Assembly: GCA_009886115.1 (NCBI GenBank)
Contig: VFJJ01000069.1
Span: 1 to 64,000, forward strand
Length of the DNA stretch: 64,000 bases
Source: Actinomycetota bacterium
Lineage (GTDB): Bacteria > Actinomycetota > Acidimicrobiia > IMCC26256 > VFJJ01
Direction of reading: 5' to 3'
This document shows positions 21,056 to 31,491 of this stretch, one piece after another; the first letter of the stretch is position 1, and the number at the start of each line of letters is the position of its first letter. The notes beneath the pieces are model-generated. The model was not told where the DNA came from. It did not search any database and saw only the letters and a list, made by a program, of their open reading frames with translations. The translations under genes were made by a program, and so were the position numbers.

Positions 21056-22173
21056 AGGCGGTGGTGTGCTACGGGCCGGGCGATGTGCGGGTCGACGACA
21101 TCGACGATCCGACACCGCTCGCCGGCGAGGTGAAGATCAGGGTCGCGGCGGTGGGCGTGTGCCACACCGACTTGAACTTCACCACCGGTCAGGTGCCTGT
21201 TCCCTTCCCGATCGTGTTGGGCCACGAGGCGGCCGGTGTCATCGTCGAGCTGGGGCCGGAGGTGCGAGCGCTGCACGTTGGCGACCACGTGGTGTGCTCG
21301 ATCATCGGGCCGTGCGAGCACTGCTTCCAATGTCTGCGCGACGACCCGGCGCTGTGCGAGAACGCCCCGCTGTTCACCGGGCGCATGCTCGACGGCACCA
21401 CCCGCCTGTCGAAGAACGGATCGCCCATCCACACCCTCCACTTTCAGGGTTCCTACGCCGAGTACGCCGTCGTCCCCGAGCGGTTCGTCACCGCGATCAG
21501 GGCCGACGCTCCACTCGACGTGATGTGCGGGCTGGCGTGCGGTGTGAGCACCGGGTTGGGCGCCGCGATCGTGCGGGCGCAAGTGAAGCCGGGCTCGAGC
21601 GTGGTGGTAATCGGATCGGGAGGCGTCGGGCTGTCCACGATGATGGGTGCACGTTTTTGTGGTGCGACCACCGTGATCGCCGTCGACCGGTTGGCCCACA
21701 AGGTCGACAAGGCTCTCGAGCTCGGGTTCGCCACGCACGGCATCGACGCGTCGATGACCGACCCGGTCGCGGCAGTGCTCGAGCTCACGGCGGGGCGCGG
21801 CGCCGACTACGGATTCGACGCCGTCGGGGTCGACGGCACCTTCGACCAGGTGATCGCCGCCACCCGGCCCGGGGCAACCTGTGTGGTGATCGGACGGGCG
21901 CTCGGGCTCGTCGAGGTCACCGTGAACACCGCGATGCTGCTGCGCCAACGGATTCTCACCGGCACCTACGGCGGCTCGATCCACCCGCGGCGACACATCC
22001 CCGAGTTCGTCGAGCTGTGCATGCAGGGACGACTGAACCTGGCCGGCATCCTCGACACCCGCTACTCCATCGATCAGGCGCCCCAGGCGCTCGACGATCT
22101 CCACCACGGGCGCGTCACCCGCGGGGTGATCGTGTTCCCCTCGCCAGGCGACGAGTTGGGTGGCCATCCATGA
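21052..22173 (+). CDS. Zinc-dependent alcohol dehydrogenase
   Basis: CHTD, GHEAAG, CEHCFQC...C, GSGGVG; GTGA coupling. Confidence 0.92.
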   Translation: MKAVVCYGPGDVRVDDIDDPTPLAGEVKIRVAAVGVCHTDLNFTTGQVPVPFPIVLGHEAAGVIVELGPEVRALHVGDHVVCSIIGPCEHCFQCLRDDPALCENAPLFTGRMLDGTTRLSKNGSPIHTLHFQGSYAEYAVVPERFVTAIRADAPLDVMCGLACGVSTGLGAAIVRAQVKPGSSVVVIGSGGVGLSTMMGARFCGATTVIAVDRLAHKVDKALELGFATHGIDASMTDPVAAVLELTAGRGADYGFDAVGVDGTFDQVIAATRPGATCVVIGRALGLVEVTVNTAMLLRQRILTGTYGGSIHPRRHIPEFVELCMQGRLNLAGILDTRYSIDQAPQALDDLHHGRVTRGVIVFPSPGDELGGHP

Positions 22174-23438
22174 CCGGGTCGATCAGCTTCGACGAGATCG
22201 AGTCACGCCAAGGGTTCCTGGCCACCGGAGCCAAGCCCGAGACCATCGACTGGCTCCCCGAGCCGCCCCGGGCGTTCCGGCACGTGCCCATCATCTCGGT
22301 CGACGACCATCTCGTCGAGCCGCCCCACATCTTCGAAGGTCGGGTATCTGCCCGATATGCCGACCTGGCCCCGCGGGTGATGGCCGAGGACGACGGCCGT
22401 TCGGAGTACTGGCTCTACGACGGCAAGAAGCACTACAAGGTGGGCCTGAACGCCGTTGTGGGCAAGCCGCTGCACCAACGCACGTTCGACCCCGCCCGCT
22501 TCGACGAGATGCGCCGAGGTGCCTGGGACATCCACGCCCGCATCGCCGACATGGACCTGAACGGCGTGTATTCGTCGGTCTGCTTCCCCTCGTCGCTTGC
22601 CGGTTTCGCCGGGCAGCGTTACCAGCTCGGCGTGAGCGACCGCGAGCTGGCCCGGGCCGTGGTGCGCGCGGCCAACGACTGGCATCTCGAGGAGTGGGCC
22701 GGCACCTACCCCGGTCGCATGATTCCCTTGCAGCTCCCGTGGTTGCTCGATCCCGTCGAGGCTGGCGACGAGATTCGCCGCAACGCAGCGCGGGGCTTCA
22801 CCGCCGTCACCTTCCCCGAGCTGCCCGAGCGGCTGGGCCTGCCGTCGCTGCACACCGGGTACTGGGATCCGTTCGTCGCAGCCTGCGAAGAGACCGAGAC
22901 CGTCATCTGCCTGCACGTCGGATCGTCATCGTCGGCGCCGGCCACGTCCACGGGCGCACCGTCCGACACGATCGGCGTGCTGTTCTTCGGTTGGGCCATG
23001 TTCGCAGCCGTCGACTGGCTCTACTCGTTGATACCGGTGCGCTTTCCCAACGTGAAGATCTGCATGTCGGAAGGCGGCATCGGCTGGGTCGCCGGCCTCC
23101 TCGACCGGCTCGACCATGTGGGCCGCTACCAACGGATCTTCGGCACCTGGGAGGGCATCTCGCTCACGCCACGTGAGGTGATGCAACGGAACTTCTGGTT
23201 CTGCACGATCGACGATCTCGCCGGCCTCGAGCAGCGCCACCACATCGGCGTCGACCACGTGATGGTCGAGTCCGACTACCCCCACCAAGACGGCACCTGG
23301 CCCGACACCCAGGCCATCGTGTGGTCCCAGATCTGCACCTTCCCAGCCGACGAGATCGAGCGCATCGCCTGGCGCAACGCGGCCGCGCTCTTCCGTCATC
23401 CCGTCCCCGATTCGGCGATAACCGACTTCGGTTCATAG
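22170..23438 (+). CDS. Amidohydrolase_2 family protein (paralog B)
   Basis: SVDDHLVEPP, CLHVGS, EGGIGW, ESDYPH; ATGA coupling. Confidence 0.9.
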   Translation: MTGSISFDEIESRQGFLATGAKPETIDWLPEPPRAFRHVPIISVDDHLVEPPHIFEGRVSARYADLAPRVMAEDDGRSEYWLYDGKKHYKVGLNAVVGKPLHQRTFDPARFDEMRRGAWDIHARIADMDLNGVYSSVCFPSSLAGFAGQRYQLGVSDRELARAVVRAANDWHLEEWAGTYPGRMIPLQLPWLLDPVEAGDEIRRNAARGFTAVTFPELPERLGLPSLHTGYWDPFVAACEETETVICLHVGSSSSAPATSTGAPSDTIGVLFFGWAMFAAVDWLYSLIPVRFPNVKICMSEGGIGWVAGLLDRLDHVGRYQRIFGTWEGISLTPREVMQRNFWFCTIDDLAGLEQRHHIGVDHVMVESDYPHQDGTWPDTQAIVWSQICTFPADEIERIAWRNAAALFRHPVPDSAITDFGS

Positions 23439-23593
23439 TCGGTGCTGGTCGTATCACTCCACGGTCGTCAAGGCCCGGGCGTTACGTCCGGTCAGTGCGA
23501 GGGATGCGCTCGCGCAGCGTCTCGGCCAAGGCAGCGTCCGCACACGGCGCGGTAGGTTCGTCGCACGGAGATCAGAAGCGGAGGGGAAAGCAC

Positions 23594-24451
23594 GTGGGGA
23601 ACGAGGCATACGGCGACATCAGGGTGCTCACGCCAGAGGAGCATTGGAAGCACTTCGAGTTGTCGTGGCGAGCGCTGAAATCGTACACATACCTGGGGAA
23701 GACGACCCCGTTCCTCGACATCGGCGTCGAGAGCGAGGCGATGCCGTTGCGCCACGACATGCGCAACTCCACCGGAGGGCTCACGGCCGGTCCGCTGTGC
23801 ATCCTGGCTCCCGAGCCCTACTGGCGCGACGACGAGTGCGTCCCGGCGCCCGTCACGATGACCTACGACATCCTCGACCCGGCGTACGACGTCACCCGTC
23901 TCGAAGCCGTCCGCGACGTCATCTCGGTGGGACGCACCATGGGTTACAGCCGCACCCGCATCGTCGATGCCGACAACCCCGAGCGGGTCATCGCCATCTC
24001 CACCGGGAGCGGGGCCAGCCTCGGTGACGTGCCTCCGGGCTTCTACCCCGTCGACAACCCCGTCAACGATGTGGCCGACTCCCCCGCCCTCCCCCCGTTG
24101 CGCGACGTCTTCGGGGTCGTGCAACGACCCGACGGCGCCCTCGAGATCGAGAAGGTGACGCCGATGATCGCGTCGCCGCACTCGGCGCTGCACCAGGGCC
24201 CGATCAACTTCGCCCTCGAAGCCGCGGCCATGGACGAGCTCGAGCGTGTGCTCGGAACGACCGACCTGCAGATCGACCACTACACCGTGATGTTCGTCAA
24301 GCCCGGTTACCACGGCCCATTCGTTTCCACCGCGACCCTCGTGAACCCGCGCGGGCCTCGGTACGGCGTCGAGATGACCATGCGCGACGAAGGCCACAGC
24401 AACCGCATCATCGCCACCGCCTCGGCCTCCTTCCACCGCGTCGCTCCGTGA
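23594..24451 (+). CDS. Double hotdog-fold (PaaI-like) protein
   Basis: DMRNSTGGL and SALHQGPI half-motifs; FVKPGYHGPF; GAGGGG RBS before GTG. Confidence 0.65.
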   Translation: MGNEAYGDIRVLTPEEHWKHFELSWRALKSYTYLGKTTPFLDIGVESEAMPLRHDMRNSTGGLTAGPLCILAPEPYWRDDECVPAPVTMTYDILDPAYDVTRLEAVRDVISVGRTMGYSRTRIVDADNPERVIAISTGSGASLGDVPPGFYPVDNPVNDVADSPALPPLRDVFGVVQRPDGALEIEKVTPMIASPHSALHQGPINFALEAAAMDELERVLGTTDLQIDHYTVMFVKPGYHGPFVSTATLVNPRGPRYGVEMTMRDEGHSNRIIATASASFHRVAP

Positions 24452-24493
24452 CCTGACCTGACCTGACCTGACCTGACCTGACCTGAGCTGACC
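24449..24493. repeat. Tandem repeat (TGACC)x9, one variant unit
   Basis: Begins on the TGA stop of the upstream gene. Confidence 0.95.
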
Positions 24494-24585
24494 GTCCACG
24501 GCGGGGCCTCCGGTTTCTTCGCGCTTTTTCACCGGGGCTGCGCAAAATCGCGGAGAAACGCCCGCCGCCGCCACTGCAGCTCAGG
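24482..24585. terminator. Long imperfect inverted repeat between convergent genes (bidirectional terminator or REP-like)
   Basis: CCTGAGCTG/CAGCTCAGG outer arms; GTTTCTTCGCG/CGCGGAGAAAC inner arms; T and A runs. Confidence 0.55.
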
Positions 24586-25462
24586 AAGACAGCACTTGGG
24601 CGCCGGTGGGGGCGATGTGGGTGACAAGCACCTCGGCCTCGGCTCCGACGCACCCGAGGGCCGTGAGGGCCCGGGTGACGCGGGTGACGGCCTCGGGTGC
24701 GGGGTCGACGAGTGTCGCGATGGCGGGGCCCGAACCGGAGAGCCAGGCGCACCATGCTCCGGCAGCCAGGGCGGCGTCGAGCGCGGAGCGAGACCGGGGG
24801 CGCAGAGCCAGGCGCACGTCCTGGTGGAAGCGGTCCTCGGTGGCCGCCCTCAGCGCTTCCACGTCGCCGGCCGCCAGCGCGGCGCACAACAGTGACGAGC
24901 GGCCGACGTTGAACACGGCATCGCCGAACGGCACCTGAGCTGGCAGAGCAGTCCTCGACTCGTCGGTTGAGGTCTCCTCGGGTGGAACCCACAGCACCAC
25001 GGCGGCCGAAGAGATCACCGGGGCCAACGGGATCTGCACCGCATGGCCTCCGGCTGCGGCGACGACACCACCGTAGAGCGATGCAGCCACGTTGTCGGGG
25101 TGGCCTTCGAGCTCGGTTCCGATGGCCAGGACCTCGCGGTGCGATTCGGCGAGCGACCCTCCGCGTTGGAGGATCGCCGCGATGATCCCCCCGACGCGAG
25201 CGGCGCCCGAGAAGCCGAGACCGCGTCCGGGCGGGATGGCGCCGGTCCAGCCGAGCGGGCCCACCCCACCGGCCCGGCGGAAGCCCTTCAGCGCCGGATT
25301 GCGGTGCGGATCGTCGCCGTCGAGGCTCGGATCGCCGAGCACGACGTCGAGGTGCAGATCGAGGGCCAGGCCCAGCACGTCGAAGCCTGGTCCGAGATTG
25401 GCCGAGGTGGCCGGGACCCTGATCCGGATCGGTACGTCCGACGACGACGGTGATCGGGGCAT
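24581..25462 (-). CDS. thrB: Homoserine kinase (GHMP family)
   Basis: VPATSANLGPGFD, PPGRGLGFSGA, EGHPDNVA, SGSGP. Confidence 0.9.
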   Translation of the reverse strand: MPRSPSSSDVPIRIRVPATSANLGPGFDVLGLALDLHLDVVLGDPSLDGDDPHRNPALKGFRRAGGVGPLGWTGAIPPGRGLGFSGAARVGGIIAAILQRGGSLAESHREVLAIGTELEGHPDNVAASLYGGVVAAAGGHAVQIPLAPVISSAAVVLWVPPEETSTDESRTALPAQVPFGDAVFNVGRSSLLCAALAAGDVEALRAATEDRFHQDVRLALRPRSRSALDAALAAGAWCAWLSGSGPAIATLVDPAPEAVTRVTRALTALGCVGAEAEVLVTHIAPTGAQVLSS

Positions 25463-25479
25463 GGTCTGGCAGGATAGAC

Positions 25480-25496
25480 GTTGACAAATTGTTGAA
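25480..25496. promoter_or_regulatory. Operator copy GTTGACAAATTGTTGAA in divergent thrB / PLP-enzyme promoter region
   Basis: Close match to 15519 and 31492 motifs; contains TTGACA; minus-strand -10 TATCCT at 25471-25476. Confidence 0.75.
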
Positions 25497-25559
25497 GAAT
25501 GCTCGCACCGTCCGCCATCCCGGTGGGTACGGGCCACCGGAACGACCAGAGAGGCCATC

Positions 25560-27113
25560 GTGAGCGCCATACCCGACCCTCAGAAGCTCGGTCTCGAACG
25601 TGACGTCGTCGATCAGGCGATCCTCGAACGGTCGGTCGAGCGGTTTCGCGCCGAGCGGATCGTGCTCCCCACGTTCGCCGAGCTGGCCGACCCGTCGACC
25701 ATCCACCCGGCTGTCCGCAACGCCACCGGTTCGGTCGACGCCAACGGCCCGCATGCGCTCAACCTGTTCCGGGTGCACTGGCACAACGTGGCCGCCGACG
25801 CCGCGGCGCAGGCGCCGACCCCCGAGCACGTCGTGCTGCCCAAGAGCCTCACCGGCGTCGACACCCCGATCGTGGTGGCCTTCGGGAACCGGTTCCCGAT
25901 GATCGGCGCCCACAAGGTGCTGGCGGCCTACTCCTGCCTCGCGCCCCGAGTCGTGAGCGGGCAGTACGACCCCACGGTGCACCGCGCCGTGTGGCCGTCG
26001 ACGGGGAACTATGCCCGGGGCGGCGTGGCCATCAGCCGGATCATGGGGTGCCGCGGCGTCGCCGTGCTGCCCGAGAACATGAGTCGCGAGCGCTTCGAGT
26101 GGCTCGATCGCTGGATCGCCGACCCCGCCGACATCATCCGTACCCCGGGATCGGAGAGCAACGTCAAGGAGATCTACGACGAGTGCGCCCGGCTCGCCGC
26201 CGACCCGGCCAACTTCATCCTCAACCAGTTCTCGGAGTTCTCGAACCATCTCGGCCACTACACGGTCACCGGACCGGCGCTCGAACACGTCTTCGAGACG
26301 GTGGCCGCGGCGCATGCCAGCACTGGCGACGCCACGACCCTGCGCCTCGCAGCCTTCGTGTCGGCATCGGGGTCGGCGGGCACGCTCGCCGCCGGCGACT
26401 ATCTCAAGGACCGTCACGGCACCCGCATCGCCGCCGTCGAGGCGCTGGAATGCCCGACCATGCTCTACAACGGTTTCGGGGAGCACAACATCCAGGGGAT
26501 CGGCGACAAGCACATCCCGCTCATCCACAACGTGATGAACACCGACTGGGCCGTCGGCGTGTCCGACCGGGCGTGCGACGAGCTGGGCCTGGTGTTCAAC
26601 ACCGCGGCCGGGACGGCCTTCCTCCGCGACCGGGTCGGCGTCGACGCGGCCGTGATCGACGCGCTCCCCGGCTTCGGACTGTCGTCGATCTGCAACGTGC
26701 TCGCGGCCATCAAGATCGCCAAGCAGGCCGGCCTCGGCGCCGACGACGTGATCGTGACCGTGGCCACCGACGGCGCGGTGCTCTACGGTTCCGAGCGCGA
26801 GCGGCTGCTCACGGGCTCGGGCCGTTACGCGACAACGGGTTTCGGTGAAACCGAGGCTGCCGCGGCGTTCGCCCGTCATCTCGAAGGGGCCACGGTCGAT
26901 CACACGATCGAGTGCACGCAGCTCGACCGGTCTCGGATCTTCAACCTGGGGTACTTCACCTGGGTCGAGCAGCAGGGCGTCGAGCTCGAGCTGTTCGAGG
27001 CCCGACGTTCGCAGGCCTTCTGGCGGGAGCTGCGGGGCTACGTGCCCGTATGGGACGACATGATCCGCGAGTTCAACGCTCGCACCGGGGTCCTCCGGGA
27101 GCTCACGGCGTGA
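25560..27113 (+). CDS. PLP-dependent fold-type II enzyme (cysteine synthase/TrpB-like, uncharacterised subfamily)
   Basis: GAHKV (PLP Lys), STGNY, ASGSAGT, HNIQGIG. Confidence 0.82.
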   Translation: MSAIPDPQKLGLERDVVDQAILERSVERFRAERIVLPTFAELADPSTIHPAVRNATGSVDANGPHALNLFRVHWHNVAADAAAQAPTPEHVVLPKSLTGVDTPIVVAFGNRFPMIGAHKVLAAYSCLAPRVVSGQYDPTVHRAVWPSTGNYARGGVAISRIMGCRGVAVLPENMSRERFEWLDRWIADPADIIRTPGSESNVKEIYDECARLAADPANFILNQFSEFSNHLGHYTVTGPALEHVFETVAAAHASTGDATTLRLAAFVSASGSAGTLAAGDYLKDRHGTRIAAVEALECPTMLYNGFGEHNIQGIGDKHIPLIHNVMNTDWAVGVSDRACDELGLVFNTAAGTAFLRDRVGVDAAVIDALPGFGLSSICNVLAAIKIAKQAGLGADDVIVTVATDGAVLYGSERERLLTGSGRYATTGFGETEAAAAFARHLEGATVDHTIECTQLDRSRIFNLGYFTWVEQQGVELELFEARRSQAFWRELRGYVPVWDDMIREFNARTGVLRELTA

Positions 27114-28546
27114 TCCTGCGTTGCCACGGCTGCGGTTGGACGGCCCCGGCCGATCGACCGCTCACGTTCCGGTGCGCCAACGCCGGCCGGGCCGACGACA
27201 CCGACCACGTGTTGACGATCGTCGACACCGGTGACGGGCGCCCGGCTGCGGCCCCGGCTGCGGCAACGGGAGCAGGCGGCGGCGCAATCGACGGCACCGC
27301 AGACGACGGAACCGTGGATGGCCGCTCCGGGAATCCGTTCGTCCGATACCGGGATCGCCTGTATTCCCATGATGTCGCGCTGCGTCACGGGCTCAGCGAC
27401 GACCGGTATCTCGAGCTCGTCATCGAGCTCGACGAGGCCGTGGCTCGCGTCGACGGACGGGGGTTTCGCGTCACGCCGTTCGGGCCGCAGCCTGCCTTGT
27501 CGGAACGACTCGGCGTTGCCGTTCTCGTGAAGGATGAGACCGGCGCGGTCTCGGGATCGCACAAGGCCCGCCATCTCATGGGAGTCATGATCCATCTCCT
27601 GGTGGCCGAGGCCATCGCGGGCGGCACGCAAGGCCGTGGCCCGGCTCGCGTCCGTGACCGGCTGGCGATCGCCTCGTGCGGCAACGCCGCCTTGGGTGCG
27701 GCAGTGGTGGCCCGGGCCGCCGACTGGCCCCTCGAGGTCTTCGTGCCACCCTGGGCCCCACCGACGGTCGTCGAGCGGCTCCACGAGCTCGGGGCTCACG
27801 TGACGCGGTGCCCCCGACGCGACGACGATCCGCCCGGCGATCCCTGCGTGCACCGCTTCCGTGAAGCGGTGGCCGCCGGGTCGGTGCCATTCAGCTGCCA
27901 GGGCCCCGACAACGGCCTCACGATCGACGGCGGTCGGACGCTGGGCTGGGAGCTGGCCGAGCAACGGGTGCATCAACCCTTCGGGCGCATCCTCGTGCAG
28001 GTCGGCGGCGGGGCTTTGGCGTCGAGCGTCGCTCAGGGGCTGCGGGTCGACGGCCCTCTCCCGATCGTGCATCCGGTGCAGACCGAGGGATGCGCTCCGC
28101 TCGCCCGCGCGTGGGACCGGGCCGGCCCGATCCTCGAACGAGTCGCTGGCGTGAGCCGGAGTGGCATCGACGGGGAGGGCCGCCCGGTCGAGCTCGACCG
28201 GGCGGCCGTTGTGGCGCTCTCCCACCGGCGCTCGGAGCTGATGTGGCCGTGGGAGACCGAGCCCCAGTCGGCCGCGCACGGGATCCTCGACGACGAGACC
28301 TACGACTGGTGGGAGATCGTGGCCGCGACGCACGAGAGTGGCGGTCGCCCCGTCGTGGCCCACGAAGCCGACATCATCGAGGCGCTCCGGCTGGCCCGCA
28401 CGCTCACGACCGTCCCGGTCGACGCCACCGGCAGCGCCGGGCTGGCCGGTCTGCTCAGGCTGCTCGCCGACGACCCGGGCGTCCGCAACGACGAGCTGCC
28501 CGTCGCCGTGGTCTTCACCGGCCTCGACCGCACCCTCAGCCGCTGA
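27110..28546 (+). CDS. Threonine synthase-like PLP-dependent enzyme with N-terminal Cys motif
   Basis: CHGC...[40 protein letters not shown] coupling. Confidence 0.8.
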   Translation: MILRCHGCGWTAPADRPLTFRCANAGRADDTDHVLTIVDTGDGRPAAAPAAATGAGGGAIDGTADDGTVDGRSGNPFVRYRDRLYSHDVALRHGLSDDRYLELVIELDEAVARVDGRGFRVTPFGPQPALSERLGVAVLVKDETGAVSGSHKARHLMGVMIHLLVAEAIAGGTQGRGPARVRDRLAIASCGNAALGAAVVARAADWPLEVFVPPWAPPTVVERLHELGAHVTRCPRRDDDPPGDPCVHRFREAVAAGSVPFSCQGPDNGLTIDGGRTLGWELAEQRVHQPFGRILVQVGGGALASSVAQGLRVDGPLPIVHPVQTEGCAPLARAWDRAGPILERVAGVSRSGIDGEGRPVELDRAAVVALSHRRSELMWPWETEPQSAAHGILDDETYDWWEIVAATHESGGRPVVAHEADIIEALRLARTLTTVPVDATGSAGLAGLLRLLADDPGVRNDELPVAVVFTGLDRTLSR

Positions 28547-28730
28547 AGCGACAACCCGGCTCCGTCGACGGAGACGTCGTGGCGACAGGGCAGACGGGTC
28601 GCCCCAGCGCGCCCGGCCACGTGCCGCCCGGCCGCCTACCCGGCGTCCACCGTCGTCACGACAGACCAGCAGCTTGCCTGGCGTGACGCGCTCGGCGTGC
28701 GCCAGGGCCAAGGCGTCGTCGCGCCCGCCG

Positions 28731-30590
28731 TCACGGCGGCGGCGGGGGTGCTCGGGTCGTGGTGGGCCGTGGTTTCGTGGTCGTGGTGGGCGCCAGCTTG
28801 GTGGTGGTCGTCGGCGCGATCGTCGTGGTGGTGGGGGCGATCGTCGTGGTGGTGGGCGCCGTTGTGGTGGTGGTGGTGGTGGTTGCGGCAGGCACGGTCG
28901 GTACAGGCGTCGTCGGAGCCGTCGTTGCCGGGACGGGCGCGGTCGTCGCGGGAGCCGTGGGCGCGGGAACGTCGCCGCCACCCGGACCAGGACCGGTCGG
29001 GGCGGTCGTGTCGACCGTGCCCGGATCGTCGGGCGTGGGCACGGTGGGCTCGGCGATCGGCGCCGGCTCGACCGAGGTTGCCGGAGTCGAGCGCCTGCGG
29101 GTGGTCGTGGGGACGGGCGCCGTGGTCGTGGGCCCGGTGACCTCGACCGGGCTCCCGAGCGACCTGGTCGTGTTGGTGGACGTCGACACCGTCCGCGTCG
29201 TACTGGTGCGTAGCGAAGACGGTGCCGGCGAGCTCGGCGACGATGTCAACGGCCGCGATGACGTCAGCGTGGCACTCGGCTCGTTGCCCGTGGCGTCAGG
29301 GCCCCGGGCAGGCACGGTCGTGCCCGTGTCGGTTGCCGGCTCCTCGGAGACGACCGCCACCACGGCCGTGCGGCCGGGCACGTCGGGGTCGGGCTCGAAG
29401 ACCACCATGCTGGCAACCACCAGGAGAGCGATGACCGCCGCCAGCGCCGAGCCCACCAGGCTTCGTCGGTGACGCGCCCGTCGACCCGCGTGCGCGTACA
29501 CACTGGCCGACGATCGAACGAGCGGCTCATCGTCGGCCGCGAGCGCGCCGGCGTCCACCGGGACGTCGTGATCGACCTGCGGCCCCGCCTGGCCGTTCTC
29601 GCCCACAGGGCCAGCCGCCCCGCGCGCCCCACCCGCACCGGCAACCGCAGGCTCGCTGGGCAGTTGACCAGCAGCCGAGAAATGATCGGTCCCGACGACG
29701 GCGATTCCCGCTGCAGTGCGCTCGGCGATGCCAGCCGAGGAAGCGACAGCTGCGAGATAGCGCTTGGTGAATCGCCCGAGCGCCAAAGGCGCCACGGCGG
29801 CCACCAGGGCGGTATCGAGATCGAGCACCGACTCGGCCACCGCTCGACAGCGGTCGCACTCGTCGAGGTGAGCGTTGACACTGCTCTGCCGGCGCCCGAG
29901 GTCGCCCCGCACGAACGACGGGAGCAGGCGGACGACCGCCGCACACGCCGGATCCGCTGCAGGGTCCAGGTGCTCGTTCACGATGGCCTGGCGCAAGCCC
30001 TCCCGGGCCCGGCCTTCGAGGCGCTCTACCCGAACGGCGTCGATCGCCAGGATCTCAACCAGATCCCGGGCCTCGGCCCGCTCGATCGCCATGTGCCACA
30101 ACACGACCTGATAGCGGTGGGGTTGCGACGCGAAGGCCCGCACGAGCGGATCGACCTGACCCGGATCGGCGAGCTGGACAGCGAAGAGGAGCCGGCGCAC
30201 CGGGGCGGCTCGACCGGGGTCTGCGTCATCGCGCTGCTGGCGGCGAGAGCGGTCGATCACGACGTCGATCGCGGCGTTCAGGGCCTGAGGGCGGAAGGCG
30301 AACGCGTGGCCCCGACCGGCGCCGAGCTCCCGGTGCAGCAGCTCGAGCCCGGCGTCGACGACCGACGAGGCCACTTTCGGCGAGCGCGTGAGCACGCCGG
30401 CCATCGTCTCCAGCCCGAAGCGATGACGCTCGACGAGAACCGACCAGGCGTCGCCATCTCCGTCGCCGACACTGCCCATCAGGTCACGGTCGGAGCGCGT
30501 CACGTACCCGGCATCGTCCGGTACTCGGGGTTGACCACCAGGCGTCACGGCACCGGCTTCGTCTGCTCGATCGTTCGCTTCGCCACTCAC
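28731..30590 (-). CDS. ECF sigma factor-like protein fused to zf-HC2 domain, TM helix and Thr/Pro-rich tail
   Basis: SDRDLM..GDGDAWSVLVERH, RAFASQPHRYQVVLW, RAREGLRQA, HLDECDRC, TM LAAVIALLVVASMVVF, PTTTT repeats. Confidence 0.72.
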   Translation of the reverse strand: MSGEANDRADEAGAVTPGGQPRVPDDAGYVTRSDRDLMGSVGDGDGDAWSVLVERHRFGLETMAGVLTRSPKVASSVVDAGLELLHRELGAGRGHAFAFRPQALNAAIDVVIDRSRRQQRDDADPGRAAPVRRLLFAVQLADPGQVDPLVRAFASQPHRYQVVLWHMAIERAEARDLVEILAIDAVRVERLEGRAREGLRQAIVNEHLDPAADPACAAVVRLLPSFVRGDLGRRQSSVNAHLDECDRCRAVAESVLDLDTALVAAVAPLALGRFTKRYLAAVASSAGIAERTAAGIAVVGTDHFSAAGQLPSEPAVAGAGGARGAAGPVGENGQAGPQVDHDVPVDAGALAADDEPLVRSSASVYAHAGRRARHRRSLVGSALAAVIALLVVASMVVFEPDPDVPGRTAVVAVVSEEPATDTGTTVPARGPDATGNEPSATLTSSRPLTSSPSSPAPSSLRTSTTRTVSTSTNTTRSLGSPVEVTGPTTTAPVPTTTRRRSTPATSVEPAPIAEPTVPTPDDPGTVDTTAPTGPGPGGGDVPAPTAPATTAPVPATTAPTTPVPTVPAATTTTTTTTAPTTTTIAPTTTTIAPTTTTKLAPTTTTKPRPTTTRAPPPPP

Positions 30591-30847
30591 CGATGCACTC
30601 CACCCTGATGGTCTCGCCCCGCGACCATCGTTCCTGCTGCCCTGATCTCAGCCCCGTTCACTGCCCGTCGTTGCCCCGTCGGCACCCGCGATGTCCGGGA
30701 TGCCGGTCTCCGGCGAGCGTACAGGGTCGTTCGTAACGGTCGAAGGCGGCGAAAAGGGTGGAACCTCCCATGGGTGCTGTTGTAAGCCAGATCGGCGCCT
30801 CGTACGCAGGCACCTCCGAGGCTCACAGAACGCTGCGGGAGCGGCGG

Positions 30848-31366
30848 TCAGGCGTCGCGGTTGGCGGCCTGGGTGACGGGGGGCAGGCACGACCATGGGA
30901 ACTCGATCCATCGATCGGTGTGTCGCCAGACGTAATCGCAGTTCACGATGGACTGCGGCTTCTCGTAGAGCACTGCGGTGCGGAGCTCGGCGACCTCGCC
31001 GCTGCAGTAGTCGACGACGAGCTTGAGGGTGTGCCCGGTGTCGGCCACGTCGTCGACGACGAGCACCCTCGTGCCCCGGATGTCGACCATGTTGAGCACC
31101 GGGGGGAGCATCACCGGGAAGTCGAGCCGCTGGTTGACCCCCGTGTAGAACTCGACGTTCATCACGTGCACGTTCTTGACCGCCAAGGCGTAGGCGATGG
31201 CCCCGCCCAGCAGCATCCCGCCACGCGCGATCGTGAGCACGATGTCGGGGGCGTATCCGGAGTCGTGCACCTCGGTCGCGAGCTGGCGCACCGCGGTTCC
31301 GAACTCCGTGTAGCCGAGCACCTCACGCGGCGGCGGCCCTGCCCCCGTTTCGACGATTTCGCTCAC
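30848..31366 (-). CDS. Type I phosphoribosyltransferase (purine PRT-like)
   Basis: IARGG, VLVVDDVADTGHTL, WIEFPW. Confidence 0.88.
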   Translation of the reverse strand: MSEIVETGAGPPPREVLGYTEFGTAVRQLATEVHDSGYAPDIVLTIARGGMLLGGAIAYALAVKNVHVMNVEFYTGVNQRLDFPVMLPPVLNMVDIRGTRVLVVDDVADTGHTLKLVVDYCSGEVAELRTAVLYEKPQSIVNCDYVWRHTDRWIEFPWSCLPPVTQAANRDA

Positions 31367-31491
31367 CGATCGCCCTCCCCGCTCTCGCAGCCGGAAACCT
31401 CGCTGCCGGCTCCGGGTTCCACCCTATTCGCTCCGATGCGGAGCCATCGGTTGGACGGCGCTCGACATGCTCTAGCGAGCTCGTGCTCAGC

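Noticed and set aside
28759..29472. Val/Gly-rich plus-strand membrane protein
   Set aside because: Antisense mirror of the Thr/Pro tail of the sigma-fusion gene
30591..30847. Riboswitch or ncRNA upstream of the sigma-like gene
   Set aside because: Only short hairpins; no recognisable aptamer consensus (an Rfam scan would settle it)
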